Below are positions 1 through 10,961 of a stretch of 64,000 nt of DNA, in pieces. Source of the stretch: an uncultured Haloferula sp. (GTDB taxonomy: Bacteria > Verrucomicrobiota > Verrucomicrobiia > Verrucomicrobiales > Akkermansiaceae); the NCBI GenBank assembly GCA_965652295.1, contig CBFGTS010000005.1, positions 192,001 to 256,000 on the forward strand, given 5' to 3'. The notes below the pieces were generated by a model. The model did not search any database, was not told where the DNA came from, and was given only the letters and a program-made list of their open reading frames with translations. How positions within the stretch are numbered: the first letter of the stretch is position 1; each line of letters starts with the position of its first letter. A program made the translations under genes and the position numbers.

Positions 1-3000
1 CTCTGGGAAACCGCCACCAACTGGTTGACCGATACCGCGCCGCCCGGGGCCGGTGAAACGGCGACCTTCAACGGTCCCGGCAATGGCAACACCACCATTG
101 ATCTTGGCCTGGGTGTGACCCTCGGCTCGCTCGTTTTCGACACCCCTTTGGCCGCGCCCTATGCGATCGGCACGGACGCGGACGGCAGTCAGGTGCTCAC
201 CCTCGACACCACCGGCAACGCCATCGCGATGAACCTGGGCGTGGCGAACGACCAGCTGGTCAACGCCGATCTGGACCTCACCGTCACCCGTACGGCGGCG
301 ACACCCGGAACCTATTATTCCGTGGTCAATGACAGCCTCACGAACGCCCTCACCCTCGCCGGCAACATCAGCGCCAGCACGACTGGCGTGAAGGTTTTGA
401 ATCCGACCGGCAGCGGAAACCTGCTGGTTTCCGGTGCCATCACGCCCGGCAGCGGCAGCATGAGTATCTTCAAGACCGGCACCGGTACGCTCACCCTCTC
501 CGGTGGCGGCACCTTCAGCGGAGCCGGCGTGACGGACGGCGCTAATTTCGCTTCTTCGGCGGTTTTTCGTGAAGGAACCACCATTCTCTCCGGAGGCGCC
601 TACACCAATTCGAACGGGGAACTCGTCATCGGCGGCGTGGTCACCCATGGCGGTGCCGGCACCGACACCACGCTCCAGCTCGACAACGACGCCACCCTCT
701 CCGGCATGAACTGGTTGAGCATCGGGCGCGGCAACGGAACCGGTGCTGTCTCCTCCAATCTCATCCTCAATGACACCTCGTCGGTCTCGGCCGAACGCAT
801 GAGCGCTGGCTTCAACGCCGGCAACGCCGCCAATACGCCCAAGGGCGCGATCGCCTTGAATGGCGACTCCTCATTGAGCATCAGCCAGAAGGATATCAAA
901 GTCGGTGAGTCCGTTGGCTCGGACTTCACCGTGACGGTCAATGACAACGCGACCGTGACCCAATCCGGAACCGGGGACACCTTTGGTGACCAATCGACAG
1001 CGGCACTCCAGATCGGGAGGGAAGGTACGGGCGCAGTGATCATGAACGGCGGCACCCTCACCACGCCGTCCACCGACCTTGCCCGCGGGGTGAACAACGC
1101 GTCCGCCCAGAACGGAACGCTCACGATCAAGACGGGCGCCACCTACAACAACCTCGGCGATTTCCGCACGGGCTTCGCCGGTGGCGCCAGCAGCCAGGCC
1201 CATCTGAATCTTGAGGGCGGCACGCTCAACATCGGAGCCACGACCGCACGCACGCTGTACGTCGGCACCTGGGACCTCACCCAGTCAACCGTCACCATCG
1301 ACGACGGCAATCTCAACCTGAACACGAACAGCAGTATCCGCTTCAACCAACGGACCGGGACCGGCGCGAAAGTGATCAATTTGAACGGGGGAGCCATCAC
1401 GTCGTTCAGCGACGATCAAACCACCGCGAACGGTTCCGGCGTTCTGGACCTCATGCTGCAAGGCGGGGGCGGCTCCAACAACACCTTCAACCTCAATGGC
1501 GGCACGCTCACCGTCCGCCAGGTGGTTTCCTCCACGAACAATGGCACCCGCACCTTCAACTTCAACGGCGGCACGCTCAAGGCCACCGGGGACACGACCA
1601 ACTTCTTCAATCTCGGCACCGCCAACGCCCGCGCGAACGTGCGCGACGGCGGAGCGGTGATCGACACCAATGACTTCAACGTCACCCTCGTCCAGCCGCT
1701 GGACCACAGCAACATTGATGGTGACAACGCCACCGACGGCGGCCTCACCAAGCAGGGAGCCGGCACGCTGACGCTCTCCGGCACTTCCCTCTACACGGGG
1801 CCCACCACAGTTTCGGCTGGCGAACTGAAAGTCACCGGGGATACCACCACCAGCCCGCTGGCGCTCGGTGCCGCCACCCTCAGCGGCAACGGCTTCGTCG
1901 GTCCGGTCACCGTCAATGATCCTGCGGCGGTCATCGCCAATGGCGACGCCAACACCGACATCCTGAGCCTGGACGCCCTCACGTTCACCGCTGCGGGCAC
2001 GGCGAACCTCAATCTCCTGGACGACATCGATCCGGCCGTCGACGTCACCAACAACCTGGACATCGGCACCGGTTTCACGGTGAACGTCACCACCGCTCCC
2101 GCCTGGGTCAACGGCCAGACCTACGAGCTGATCTCCTATGGATCACTCACCGGCTCCCCGGCCAGCATCGTCAAGGGCACCATCGCCGGCCTCGGCGCCC
2201 GCCAGACCGCGACTGTCGGCGATTCCGGATCGGCCATCACGCTGACCATCTCCGGCGATACCCCGGTGTGGATCGGTGCCGAAAACAACGCCTGGACCAC
2301 CGTGCCCGTCGGTGGAGCCAAAAACTGGGAACTTCAGGACGGTGGAACTGCCACCGAGTTCCAAGCCAACGATCAGGTCCGTTTCGACGACACCGCTTCC
2401 GGGACCACCGACATCGACATCCCGACGGCCAACGTGCCGGTGGCATCGGCCGTCTTCGACAACGATGGTGCCGAGAACGGCGGACGCGACTACACGATCT
2501 CCAGCAGCGGCGGGTTCGGCATCACCGACGGTGCCGGCTCGGCCAACCTCGTCAAGAACGGCTCGGGATCCGTCACCCTGAACACCGTCAACAGCTACAC
2601 GGGCACCACCACCATCAACGACGGAACGCTCCAGCTGGGCAATGGCACCACCGATGGCGACATCGCCACCAGCTCCTCCATCATCAATGACGGCATCCTC
2701 GTCTTCAACCGCAGTGCCGGCTCGTTCACCTATGGCAACCCGATCAGCGGCTTTGGCGAGATCGTCAAGGACGGCCCCGGAACCCAGATCCTTTCCGGCA
2801 CCAACACCTTTTCCGGCGACATCACGATCCAAGCCGGCATCCTGCAGGTTGGAAACGGCGGCACCACCGGCACCCTCGGAACTTCCTGGGTCATCAACAA
2901 CGCCAGCCTCGCCTTCAACCGCTCCAATGCCTTCACCTTCAACGGAGTCATCGAAGGCACCGGTACCGTGACCCAAGCCGGCACCGGCGCGGTGACCTTC

Positions 3001-4230
3001 TCCGGAGCCAACACCTATAGCGGCGGCACCACCATCAACCCCGGCAGCATCCTCCTGATCGGCGCGAACGACGCGTTGGGCACCGGCGCGGTCACCCTTT
3101 CCGATGGCGCAGCCCTCGGCGCCAACCCCGGAGGCACTCTTCCGAATGCCATCGTGGCTCCGGCGGATACGACATCGGCGCTGACCACCAACGGCGGAAA
3201 CCTCACCTTGAACGGGGACCTGAGCGGCAGCGGTCGTGTCAACCGAACTGCCACCGGGGGAGCGGCCACTGTTTTCCTGGGCGGCGACAATTCCGGCTAC
3301 ACCGGCATCTTCTCGGTGGAAAACAACGGCAATGCCGCCACCCGCTTCACGGCGGCCAGCGCCGGCAGCGCGAACGCCCGATGGGTGAACAACAATCCCA
3401 CCAATGGCCGTGTCACGGTTGAGTTCGGAGGCGGCACCATCCAGTTCGGCTCCCTCACGGGCACCGGTTTCCTCAGCGCGCAACTTGAGGGGACGAACAC
3501 CATCGAAGTCGGAAACCTCGGTTTGAACGAATTGTATGCCGGCGTGCTCAATCAGGTGGGGACCGGCACCCTGGCCGTCACCAAGGTCGGCACCGGCACC
3601 TGGACGCTCACCGGCACCAACGCCTACACCGGAGCCACCACCGTCAATGGCGGCGTGCTCGCCACCGGTGGCAACTCGATTCCCAACAATGGCAAGCTGG
3701 TCATCAACGGCGGCAAGGTCCAAACCACCGGTGCCGAAGTCGTCGATACCCTCTTTTTCGGCACCGCCCAACAAGCCGCTGGCACCTGGGGAGCCCCCGG
3801 CTCCGGAGCGGACAACATCGACGACACACACTTCGCCGGCGTCACCGGCGTCGTCAGCGTCACCACCGGCCCCGCCGGAAATACCTATGAAGATTGGGCC
3901 GATGCCAACGCTCCGGGCCAGACCATGGACCAGGACCACGATGGCGATGGCGTGCCCAACGGCATCGAATACTTCATGGGTGAAAGCGGCTCCACCTTCA
4001 CCGCCAATCCCGGTCCGGTGAACGGCACCGTCACCTGGCCGATGGGTGCCGACTACAGCGGCGTCTACGGCGCCGATTACGAAGTCCAAACCTCGCCTGA
4101 CCTCGTGATCTGGACCCAGGTTCCCGAAGGAACCGGCGACAACACCGTCACCATCACCGCCGCCACCTCGGTCGCCTACGACATGCCCACCGGCGGCAAG
4201 CTGTTCGTCCGCCTCGTCGTCAACAACTAG
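1..4230 (+). CDS. Large secreted surface protein with autotransporter-associated beta-strand repeats; 5' end lies outside the window
   Basis: Frame is open from base 1 (LWETATNWLTD...). Repeated LTKxGxGTLTLSGxNxYxGxTTV motifs; Gly/Thr/Asn-rich. Ends in YEDW...DHDGDGVPNGIEY...LFVRLVVNN rather than a beta-barrel. Confidence 0.88.
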   Translation, partial: LWETATNWLTDTAPPGAGETATFNGPGNGNTTIDLGLGVTLGSLVFDTPLAAPYAIGTDADGSQVLTLDTTGNAIAMNLGVANDQLVNADLDLTVTRTAATPGTYYSVVNDSLTNALTLAGNISASTTGVKVLNPTGSGNLLVSGAITPGSGSMSIFKTGTGTLTLSGGGTFSGAGVTDGANFASSAVFREGTTILSGGAYTNSNGELVIGGVVTHGGAGTDTTLQLDNDATLSGMNWLSIGRGNGTGAVSSNLILNDTSSVSAERMSAGFNAGNAANTPKGAIALNGDSSLSISQKDIKVGESVGSDFTVTVNDNATVTQSGTGDTFGDQSTAALQIGREGTGAVIMNGGTLTTPSTDLARGVNNASAQNGTLTIKTGATYNNLGDFRTGFAGGASSQAHLNLEGGTLNIGATTARTLYVGTWDLTQSTVTIDDGNLNLNTNSSIRFNQRTGTGAKVINLNGGAITSFSDDQTTANGSGVLDLMLQGGGGSNNTFNLNGGTLTVRQVVSSTNNGTRTFNFNGGTLKATGDTTNFFNLGTANARANVRDGGAVIDTNDFNVTLVQPLDHSNIDGDNATDGGLTKQGAGTLTLSGTSLYTGPTTVSAGELKVTGDTTTSPLALGAATLSGNGFVGPVTVNDPAAVIANGDANTDILSLDALTFTAAGTANLNLLDDIDPAVDVTNNLDIGTGFTVNVTTAPAWVNGQTYELISYGSLTGSPASIVKGTIAGLGARQTATVGDSGSAITLTISGDTPVWIGAENNAWTTVPVGGAKNWELQDGGTATEFQANDQVRFDDTASGTTDIDIPTANVPVASAVFDNDGAENGGRDYTISSSGGFGITDGAGSANLVKNGSGSVTLNTVNSYTGTTTINDGTLQLGNGTTDGDIATSSSIINDGILVFNRSAGSFTYGNPISGFGEIVKDGPGTQILSGTNTFSGDITIQAGILQVGNGGTTGTLGTSWVINNASLAFNRSNAFTFNGVIEGTGTVTQAGTGAVTFSGANTYSGGTTINPGSILLIGANDALGTGAVTLSDGAALGANPGGTLPNAIVAPADTTSALTTNGGNLTLNGDLSGSGRVNRTATGGAATVFLGGDNSGYTGIFSVENNGNAATRFTAASAGSANARWVNNNPTNGRVTVEFGGGTIQFGSLTGTGFLSAQLEGTNTIEVGNLGLNELYAGVLNQVGTGTLAVTKVGTGTWTLTGTNAYTGATTVNGGVLATGGNSIPNNGKLVINGGKVQTTGAEVVDTLFFGTAQQAAGTWGAPGSGADNIDDTHFAGVTGVVSVTTGPAGNTYEDWADANAPGQTMDQDHDGDGVPNGIEYFMGESGSTFTANPGPVNGTVTWPMGADYSGVYGADYEVQTSPDLVIWTQVPEGTGDNTVTITAATSVAYDMPTGGKLFVRLVVNN

Positions 4231-4283
4231 ACCTGCCGACAACGTAAATTTTCCTCTGGAGGATCGCTCCTCTGAAGGACTTG

Positions 4284-4330
4284 CCGGCCGTCGCGGGTTA
4301 TGGGTTTTCCTGCGACGGTCGGTTCGTTTT
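4284..4330 (+). terminator. Putative intrinsic terminator
   Basis: Stem ccggccgtcgcggg (4284-4297) / cctgcgacggtcgg (4309-4322, with G-U pairs) followed by ttcgtttt, 54 bp after the stop codon. Confidence 0.5.
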
Positions 4331-4369
4331 CGGCCCCGCCACTCTCCACCTTTTTCATTCATCGAGCCA

Positions 4370-4385
4370 AGTTAACCGGTCAAGG
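4370..4385. promoter_or_regulatory. Candidate operator, copy 1 (agttaaccggtcaagg)
   Basis: Matches the motif seen at 28773, 39492, 44232 and 48848; lies ~160 bp upstream of the glycosidase run. Confidence 0.55.
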
Positions 4386-4546
4386 TGCTCCGCCGATATT
4401 TCGGGTGGGCCGGGTCGTATCTCTGCCATGAATTTCGTCGTTCCGTTCCCGATTGCGCACTGTCGCTGAATCGAATGCCTTCGAAAATCGTCTCCAACTC
4501 TTCGCTGCCCGCCATGGCTCCAAGCCGGAAACTCAATGCACGCACC

Positions 4547-6148
4547 ATGAAATCGCTCCACTTCAGTTTTTTTCTCGCCGCTGGCATCGCCCTCGTTTCT
4601 CCAGCCAAAGCCGAGCCATTCACCTGGGGCGATTGGCCGGAGTGGGGGGATCAGAAGGACGGCACCTACCGCAACCCCGTCCTGCCCGGTGACTACAGCG
4701 ACCTCGATTGCATCCGCGTCGGCTCCGACTACTACGCCATCTCATCCACTTTTCAGTATTCGCCCGGCATGATCGTGTTGCGATCGAAGGATCTCGTGAA
4801 CTGGCGGATCATCGGCCACGTGGTCTCCGACGTCACCCAGATCGGCCCCGACATGAACTGGGACCGCATGAACCGCTACGGCCGCGGCATCTGGGCCGGT
4901 GCCATCCGCCATCACGACGGCAAGTTCTGGGTCTATTTCGGCACGCCCGAGGAAGGTTACTTCATGAGTTCCACCAAGGATCCGGTCGGCCCCTGGGAGC
5001 CCCTCCACCGTATGACCCAACAGGGCGGCTGGGACGATTGCTGCCCGTTCTGGGACGACGACGGCCAGGGCTACTTCGTCGGCACCCACTTCAAGGGCGG
5101 TTACAAAACCTGGCTCTACAAGCTCACCCCCGACGGAAAGGACCTCATCCACGACTCGCGCGTGCTCATCAATGAGGGTTCCCGCCGCGAGGCCAACAAG
5201 CTCTTCAAAGTAGGCGACACCTACTACCACTTCTATAGCGAGGTCGGAAACGGCGGGCGCTACGTGATGATGCAGCGCTCGAAAAACATCACCGGCCCCT
5301 ACACCGAAAAGCGCCAACTCAGCCACGTGCAGCTTGAGTTCCACGAACCGAACCAAGGCGGCATCGTCCAGACCGAGAAGGGCGACTGGTATTTCCTGAC
5401 CCACCACGGCAACGGCGACTGGCAAGGACGCTCCTCCAGCCTCCTGCCCGTCACCTGGGTGGACGGCTGGCCGGTGCTCGGCAAGGTCGGCGACGACGGC
5501 ATCGGCACGATGGTCTGGAGCGGCAAAAAACCAGTCCAGGGCGGTCCCCTGCTCGTCCCCCAAAGCGACGACGATTTCTCCGGCCCCCGGCTCGGCGTGC
5601 AGTGGGAATGGAACTACCAGCCGCGTGCCGAAAAATGGTCATTCACCGAGCGCTCCGGCTGGTTGCGCTTGCATGCTTGGAAACCACTCCGGCACGACGA
5701 CCTCAAGACCGCCGGAAACACGCTCACGCAGCGCGTCATGCGCACCAAGCGCAACGTCGTCACCGTCCAGCTCGACCCGTCCGGCATGGCCGATGGCCAG
5801 GTCGCCGGCCTCAGCCATTACCATCGAAACTACGGCACCATCGCCGTGCGCCGGGAAAACGGCAAACTGGCCATCGAGTCCGCGCGAAACCAAACGATCC
5901 AGCCCGGCCCGGAAATCAGCGCAAAACCCCTCTGGCTGCGCTCCGAGTGGGGCTTGGACGGTCTCTGCCGTTTCTCCTACAGCACCAATGGCGAAACCTT
6001 CACGACGTTCGGCGAACCCTACCAATTCGGTTGGACGGACTACCGCGGCGAACGCATCGGCCTGTTTTCCTACAACAATACCGGCGAGGCCGGTTACGCC
6101 GACTTCGACGCCTTCACTTATCGCTACGATTCACCCCTGACCCGCTAA
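4547..6148 (+). CDS. GH43 beta-xylosidase/arabinofuranosidase with C-terminal beta-sandwich domain
   Basis: Signal peptide MKSLHFSFFLAAGIALVSPAKA. Motifs NPVLPGDYSDLD, WAGAIRHHDG, WDDCCPFWDDDG; SDDF...LGVQWEWN opens the C-terminal domain. Start moved from the ORF-track 4385 to ATG 4547. Confidence 0.88.
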   Translation: MKSLHFSFFLAAGIALVSPAKAEPFTWGDWPEWGDQKDGTYRNPVLPGDYSDLDCIRVGSDYYAISSTFQYSPGMIVLRSKDLVNWRIIGHVVSDVTQIGPDMNWDRMNRYGRGIWAGAIRHHDGKFWVYFGTPEEGYFMSSTKDPVGPWEPLHRMTQQGGWDDCCPFWDDDGQGYFVGTHFKGGYKTWLYKLTPDGKDLIHDSRVLINEGSRREANKLFKVGDTYYHFYSEVGNGGRYVMMQRSKNITGPYTEKRQLSHVQLEFHEPNQGGIVQTEKGDWYFLTHHGNGDWQGRSSSLLPVTWVDGWPVLGKVGDDGIGTMVWSGKKPVQGGPLLVPQSDDDFSGPRLGVQWEWNYQPRAEKWSFTERSGWLRLHAWKPLRHDDLKTAGNTLTQRVMRTKRNVVTVQLDPSGMADGQVAGLSHYHRNYGTIAVRRENGKLAIESARNQTIQPGPEISAKPLWLRSEWGLDGLCRFSYSTNGETFTTFGEPYQFGWTDYRGERIGLFSYNNTGEAGYADFDAFTYRYDSPLTR

Positions 6149-6152
6149 AGCC

Positions 6153-7538
6153 ATGTCCCCGCGCATTTCCCTTCTTTTCTCCGCCGGCCTGCTGGTCACC
6201 TGCAGTCCAGCCCTCGCCAAGGAGACGCAACATCCCTTCGGCCGCTCCCTCATCCCCGATCTGATGGCCGACCCCAGCATCATTGAGGAAGACGGCGTCT
6301 TCTACTGCTACGCCACCACCGACGGCTGGGGCAAACACCTCTCCACCTCCGGCACGCCGGTCGTCTGGAAGTCCCGCGACTTCGTCAACTGGAGCTTCGA
6401 AGGCTCGATCTACCCCGACAACTTCGACGCCAAATACTGGGCTCCCAGCGCTCCGTTCAAACACGACGACCGCTACTACCTCTTCCCGACCCTTGACGGA
6501 CAAATCACCGCCACCGTGTCCGACAAGCTCACCGGCCCGTTCAAGACTCTGGATGGCAAGGACATCTACCCCGATTCGGGCTGGAAGCCGTTTCCCATTC
6601 ACCAGATGTCCTCGATCGATGCGGAAATTTTCCGCGACGACGACGGCACCGCCTATATGTACTACTCGCGCCGTAGGGCCGTGAAGCTCAAGCCCGACCT
6701 CTCCGCTCCCGACGGCCCGGTCATCACCTTTGACACGGGCGAAGGCAACTACTCCGAAGGCCCCTGGATCTTCAAACGCAAGGGCATCTACTACTACCTC
6801 TACACCCTCGGCGGCGGCGAAAACTATTCCTACGCCTACCTCATGAGCCGCGAATCGCCGATCGGTCCCTGGACCATTCCGGCTGACAAAATCATTTCGC
6901 AAACCGATCCCTCGGTCGGCATCTACGGTCCGGGCCACGGCTGTTTCTTGAACCCGGAGGGTACCGACGACTGGTATTTCATCCACCTCGAATTCGGACG
7001 CAGCAGCACCAACCGCCAGATTTTCGCCCAGAAGATGGAGTTCAACGCCGACGGCACGATCAAGCCGATCAAGCTGACCAACCAAGGCGTCGGCGCGCTT
7101 CGCAAGGTCTCCGGGCGCCGCCCTAATCTCGCGCTCAAAGGCACCGCCACCGCGTCCTCCATCCGCCCGGATTGGCACATCCGCATGACGGCCCCCACGC
7201 CCGCGCGCATCGAGCCCTTCACCCCGGATCTCGTGATCGACGAATCCAATGGCAGCCGCTGGATGCCCGCCGCCGGTGACAAGTCGCCCTGGTGGCAGAT
7301 CGACCTCGGCGAGGCCCGCGACATCATCGGCACCGAAGCGTATTTCGTGAAACCCGCCGCCGGCCACGCTTACAAGCTGGAGTCGTCCCTCGACGGCAAA
7401 ATCTGGTCGCCCTACGGCGGACACCAGGACGTGCAGCTGCGCTCTCCGCACGTGGACCAAAAGCCCGCCCGCGCCCGCTACCTGCGGCTCACGATCCTTC
7501 AAGGAGAGCCCGGCCTCTGGGAATTCCGCGTTTATTGA
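6153..7538 (+). CDS. GH43 glycosidase with C-terminal F5/8 type C (discoidin/CBM32-like) domain
   Basis: Signal peptide; ADPSI, WAPS, IDAEIF, YSEGPW and GPGHG motifs; C-terminal WWQIDLG...ARYLRL. Confidence 0.87.
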   Translation: MSPRISLLFSAGLLVTCSPALAKETQHPFGRSLIPDLMADPSIIEEDGVFYCYATTDGWGKHLSTSGTPVVWKSRDFVNWSFEGSIYPDNFDAKYWAPSAPFKHDDRYYLFPTLDGQITATVSDKLTGPFKTLDGKDIYPDSGWKPFPIHQMSSIDAEIFRDDDGTAYMYYSRRRAVKLKPDLSAPDGPVITFDTGEGNYSEGPWIFKRKGIYYYLYTLGGGENYSYAYLMSRESPIGPWTIPADKIISQTDPSVGIYGPGHGCFLNPEGTDDWYFIHLEFGRSSTNRQIFAQKMEFNADGTIKPIKLTNQGVGALRKVSGRRPNLALKGTATASSIRPDWHIRMTAPTPARIEPFTPDLVIDESNGSRWMPAAGDKSPWWQIDLGEARDIIGTEAYFVKPAAGHAYKLESSLDGKIWSPYGGHQDVQLRSPHVDQKPARARYLRLTILQGEPGLWEFRVY

Positions 7539-7567
7539 ACCTCTGCCACCCCGCCCGAGTCATCGTC

Positions 7568-8956
7568 ATGCAACTGCCTAAAATCGCCCTCGCCTTTCTA
7601 AGCCTCCTCCTCTTCGCCGCCCCGGTTCTCGCCGCTCCGGCCGGCTACCTCTTCGTCACCTTTGGCGGACAGCCGAATGAACTCTCCGAGCAGGTTTACT
7701 TTTCCGCCAGCCGCGACGGACGCAAGTGGACCGTTCTCAACAACGGCGACCCCGTGCTCGTTTCCGACATCGGCCAGAAAGGCGCTCGCGACCCCTACAT
7801 CCTCCGCTCCCACGACGGCAAAAAATTCTTCATTATCGCGACCGACCTCTCGATGCACCACCTCCGCGACTGGGGCCGCGCCGTGCGAGAAGGCAGCAAA
7901 TCCATCGTGATCTGGGAATCCACCGACCTCGTGAACTGGTCCGAGCCGCGCCTCGTCGAAGTCGCTCCCGATGACGCCGGCTGCACTTGGGCCCCCGAGG
8001 CCATCTACGACGAGGAAACCGGCGACTACCTCGTCTTCTGGGCCTCCACCACCGGGCGCGACGGTTTCAGAAAACAGCGCATCTGGGCCGCCCGCACCAA
8101 GGACTTCAAGACCTTCGGCGAGCCCTTCATCTATATCGAAAAACCCAACCACGTCATCGACACCACCATCGTCCGCGAGGGCGACGCCTACTACCGCTTC
8201 ACCAAGGACGAGGTCCACAAGGCCATCACCATGGAAACGGGCCCGCACCTCTCCGGTCCCTGGACCGACCTCCCCGGCTACAACCTCGGCAAGCTCGTCG
8301 GCTACGAGGGGCCGCAGATCTATCAGCTCGAAGCCGCCCGCCCCGGCAAGCCCGCCACCTGGGGCCTGATTTTCGATCACTACCGGGAAGGACGGGGCTA
8401 CGTCCCTTGGACCACGACCAACCTCGCCAGCGGTGATTTCCAGGCCGCCGAAGGCTTCAAGTTTCCCTTCAAGTTCCGCCACGGCTCCGTGCTGCCCCTC
8501 ACCGCCACCGAGTTCAAGGCCATCACCACCCGCTGGCCCGGCAGCCCCGTCGTGAGTCTCTCGCCCTTCGATCAGCCGGAAAAAACCATCCGCCACAAAC
8601 GCTTCCAGCTTCAGCTCGACGAAAACGTCATTCCCGCCGAGGACGGCCGTTGGTATCTTGTTTCCGGTCTCGACGGCGGCCGCGACACCGTCTCCTTCCG
8701 CTCGCACAACTTCCCCGACCGCTACTTCGCGGGCAACGCCGCCGGCGTCGGTGTGCAGCCGAACGACGGCACACCAGACTTCGCGGAAAAAGCGAGCTTC
8801 GTCCGCGTGCCCGGCCTGGCTTCCGACGACGGCGTTTCCTTCCACCTCAAGGCCGAACCCAAGCTCTACCTCAAAGCCGAACCCTCCGGTGTGACCATCG
8901 GCCCTGCTTCGTCGAAATCCGACCGCCGCGCCGCCACCTTCAACCTCCACGAATAA
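7568..8956 (+). CDS. GH43-like glycosidase with C-terminal AbfB/CBM42 arabinose-binding domain
   Basis: Signal peptide MQLPKIALAF...; GYLFVTF, RDPYILR, WAPEA, IDTTI, EGP and RHGSV motifs; C-terminal VSFRSHNFPDRY...ASFVRVPGLA...ATF. Start moved to ATG 7568. Confidence 0.85.
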   Translation: MQLPKIALAFLSLLLFAAPVLAAPAGYLFVTFGGQPNELSEQVYFSASRDGRKWTVLNNGDPVLVSDIGQKGARDPYILRSHDGKKFFIIATDLSMHHLRDWGRAVREGSKSIVIWESTDLVNWSEPRLVEVAPDDAGCTWAPEAIYDEETGDYLVFWASTTGRDGFRKQRIWAARTKDFKTFGEPFIYIEKPNHVIDTTIVREGDAYYRFTKDEVHKAITMETGPHLSGPWTDLPGYNLGKLVGYEGPQIYQLEAARPGKPATWGLIFDHYREGRGYVPWTTTNLASGDFQAAEGFKFPFKFRHGSVLPLTATEFKAITTRWPGSPVVSLSPFDQPEKTIRHKRFQLQLDENVIPAEDGRWYLVSGLDGGRDTVSFRSHNFPDRYFAGNAAGVGVQPNDGTPDFAEKASFVRVPGLASDDGVSFHLKAEPKLYLKAEPSGVTIGPASSKSDRRAATFNLHE

Positions 8957-8993
8957 GCGTCTCAGCCGCACTCACGCTAAACCCTTCCCAGCC

Positions 8994-10961
8994 ATGCCAT
9001 CCCGTTTCCTTGCCCTCGCCGCATCTCTCGTCGGTGCCCTCGCACCGGCCCAGGCGCAACCCACTACCGTCACCGTACAGGCGGGTGCTCCGGGCAAAGC
9101 CATCAGCCCTGATCTCATCGGCATCTTTTACGAGGATCTCAGCCACTCCGCCGATGGCGGACTCTACGCCGAACTCGTGCAAAACCGCGACTTCGAATAC
9201 TCCTCCGCCGACCGGCTTGAATGGAACTCGCTGACATCCTGGGAAGTGGTCCACCTCGACGGAGCCCGCGGCAGACTCACCGCGGAGTTTTCCAAACCGC
9301 TTCACGTCAACACGCCGCACTACGCCGTGCTCACCATCGAGTCGCCCGAAGGTCAGCTCGGACTCCGCAACGGAGGCTTCGACGGTATCCCCGTGAAGGC
9401 CGGCGAACACTATGACTTCTCGCTCTTCGCCCGCCGCGTCTCCGGTGCCAGCCAGCCGATCCACGTCCGCCTCGAAAGCAAGACCGGTGCCCTCCTCGGC
9501 GAAGCGGCCCTGCCCGCACCCACCGGATCGTGGGCCGAATACACCGCGCGCATTACCGCCAAGGACACCGATCCCGACGCCCGCCTCGTCGTCACAAGCT
9601 CCGGCCAGGGCCGGCTCGCCCTCGATCACATCTCCCTCTTCCCCGAGAAAACCTTCCGCAACCGCCCCAATGGTCTCCGTGCCGACCTCGCGCAAATCAT
9701 CGCCGACCTGAAGCCGAAATTCATGCGCTTCCCCGGCGGCTGCCTCGTCCACGGCGACGGCCTCGACAACATCTACCACTGGAAAGACACCATCGGTCCC
9801 GTCGAGCAACGCAAGGGCCAGCGCAACATCTGGAACTATCACCAGACGGTCGGGCTCGGCTACTACGAGTACTTCCAGTTCTGCGAGGACATCGGCGCCA
9901 AGCCCATCCCCATCGTCGCCGCCGGCGTCTCCTGCCAGAACACCGACGCCCGTTTCACCAAACGCTGGGGCCACGGCCAGGAGTGCATCCCCATGGACCA
10001 GATGGACGCCTACGTGCAGGACGTGCTCGACCTCATCGAATACGCCAACGGCCCCGTCACCTCGACATGGGGCGCCAAGCGCGCCGCCGCCGGCCACCCC
10101 GAGCCCTTCGGCCTCGAATACCTCGGCATCGGCAACGAAGACCACATCACCCCGGCCTTCCGCGAGCGCTTCGAGATGCTCTACAACGCCGTGAAAACCA
10201 AGCACCCGGAGATCACCGTCATCGGCACCGTCGGCCCCAACCCCGATGGCCCGGACTACGACAACGGCTGGAAAATCGCCAACGATCTCCAGGTTCCCAT
10301 GGTGGACGAGCACGGCTACAAATCCCCGCAGTGGCTCTGGGAAAACCTCCGCCGCTACGACGCCTACGACCGCTCCAAGTCAAAGGTCTATCTCGGTGAA
10401 TGGGCCGCCTTTGACGACAAGCGCCGCAGCACCCTCCGCGCCGCCATTTCCGAAGCCGCCTACCTCACCGGCCTCGAACGCAACGGCGACGTCGTGACCT
10501 TCGCCTCCTACGCCCCGCTCCTCGCCAAGCGCGACCACACCCACTGGAACCCCAACCTCATCTACTTCACCAACACGGAGGTTTTCCCGACCATCGGCTA
10601 CCACGTGCAAAAATTGTTCAGCGTGAACAACGGCGACACCTGGCTGACGACCACCGTCAAGGATCCCGCTCCCGCCGACTTCGCCGCCTCCACCGTGAAG
10701 AACAGCGCCCAGAGCGCCGTCATCCTCAAGCTCGTCAACGGCGCCAACTCGCCCTGGCCCGTCCGCATCGAGCTGACTGGTGCCAAACGCGTCCCCGCCA
10801 CCGCCGAGTTCACCGTGCTCGCCGGCCCCGACGCCAACGTGGTGAACGACTACGGCAGCCCGAACACCGTGCTTCCAAAGACCAATCGCCAACCTATCTC
10901 CGCCGCCTTCGACTACGAGGCCCCCGCGAACTCGCTCACCGTCATCCGCATCACACCATGA
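8994..10961 (+). CDS. GH51 alpha-L-arabinofuranosidase
   Basis: GIFYEDLSHSADGGLYAELVQNRDFE, RFPGGC, GIGNE, VYLGEWA and ERNGDVV...SYAPLL motifs. Confidence 0.93.
   Translation: MPSRFLALAASLVGALAPAQAQPTTVTVQAGAPGKAISPDLIGIFYEDLSHSADGGLYAELVQNRDFEYSSADRLEWNSLTSWEVVHLDGARGRLTAEFSKPLHVNTPHYAVLTIESPEGQLGLRNGGFDGIPVKAGEHYDFSLFARRVSGASQPIHVRLESKTGALLGEAALPAPTGSWAEYTARITAKDTDPDARLVVTSSGQGRLALDHISLFPEKTFRNRPNGLRADLAQIIADLKPKFMRFPGGCLVHGDGLDNIYHWKDTIGPVEQRKGQRNIWNYHQTVGLGYYEYFQFCEDIGAKPIPIVAAGVSCQNTDARFTKRWGHGQECIPMDQMDAYVQDVLDLIEYANGPVTSTWGAKRAAAGHPEPFGLEYLGIGNEDHITPAFRERFEMLYNAVKTKHPEITVIGTVGPNPDGPDYDNGWKIANDLQVPMVDEHGYKSPQWLWENLRRYDAYDRSKSKVYLGEWAAFDDKRRSTLRAAISEAAYLTGLERNGDVVTFASYAPLLAKRDHTHWNPNLIYFTNTEVFPTIGYHVQKLFSVNNGDTWLTTTVKDPAPADFAASTVKNSAQSAVILKLVNGANSPWPVRIELTGAKRVPATAEFTVLAGPDANVVNDYGSPNTVLPKTNRQPISAAFDYEAPANSLTVIRITP

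Noticed and set aside
1..4230. Classical type V autotransporter
   Set aside because: No C-terminal beta-barrel or terminal aromatic residue; only passenger-associated repeats.
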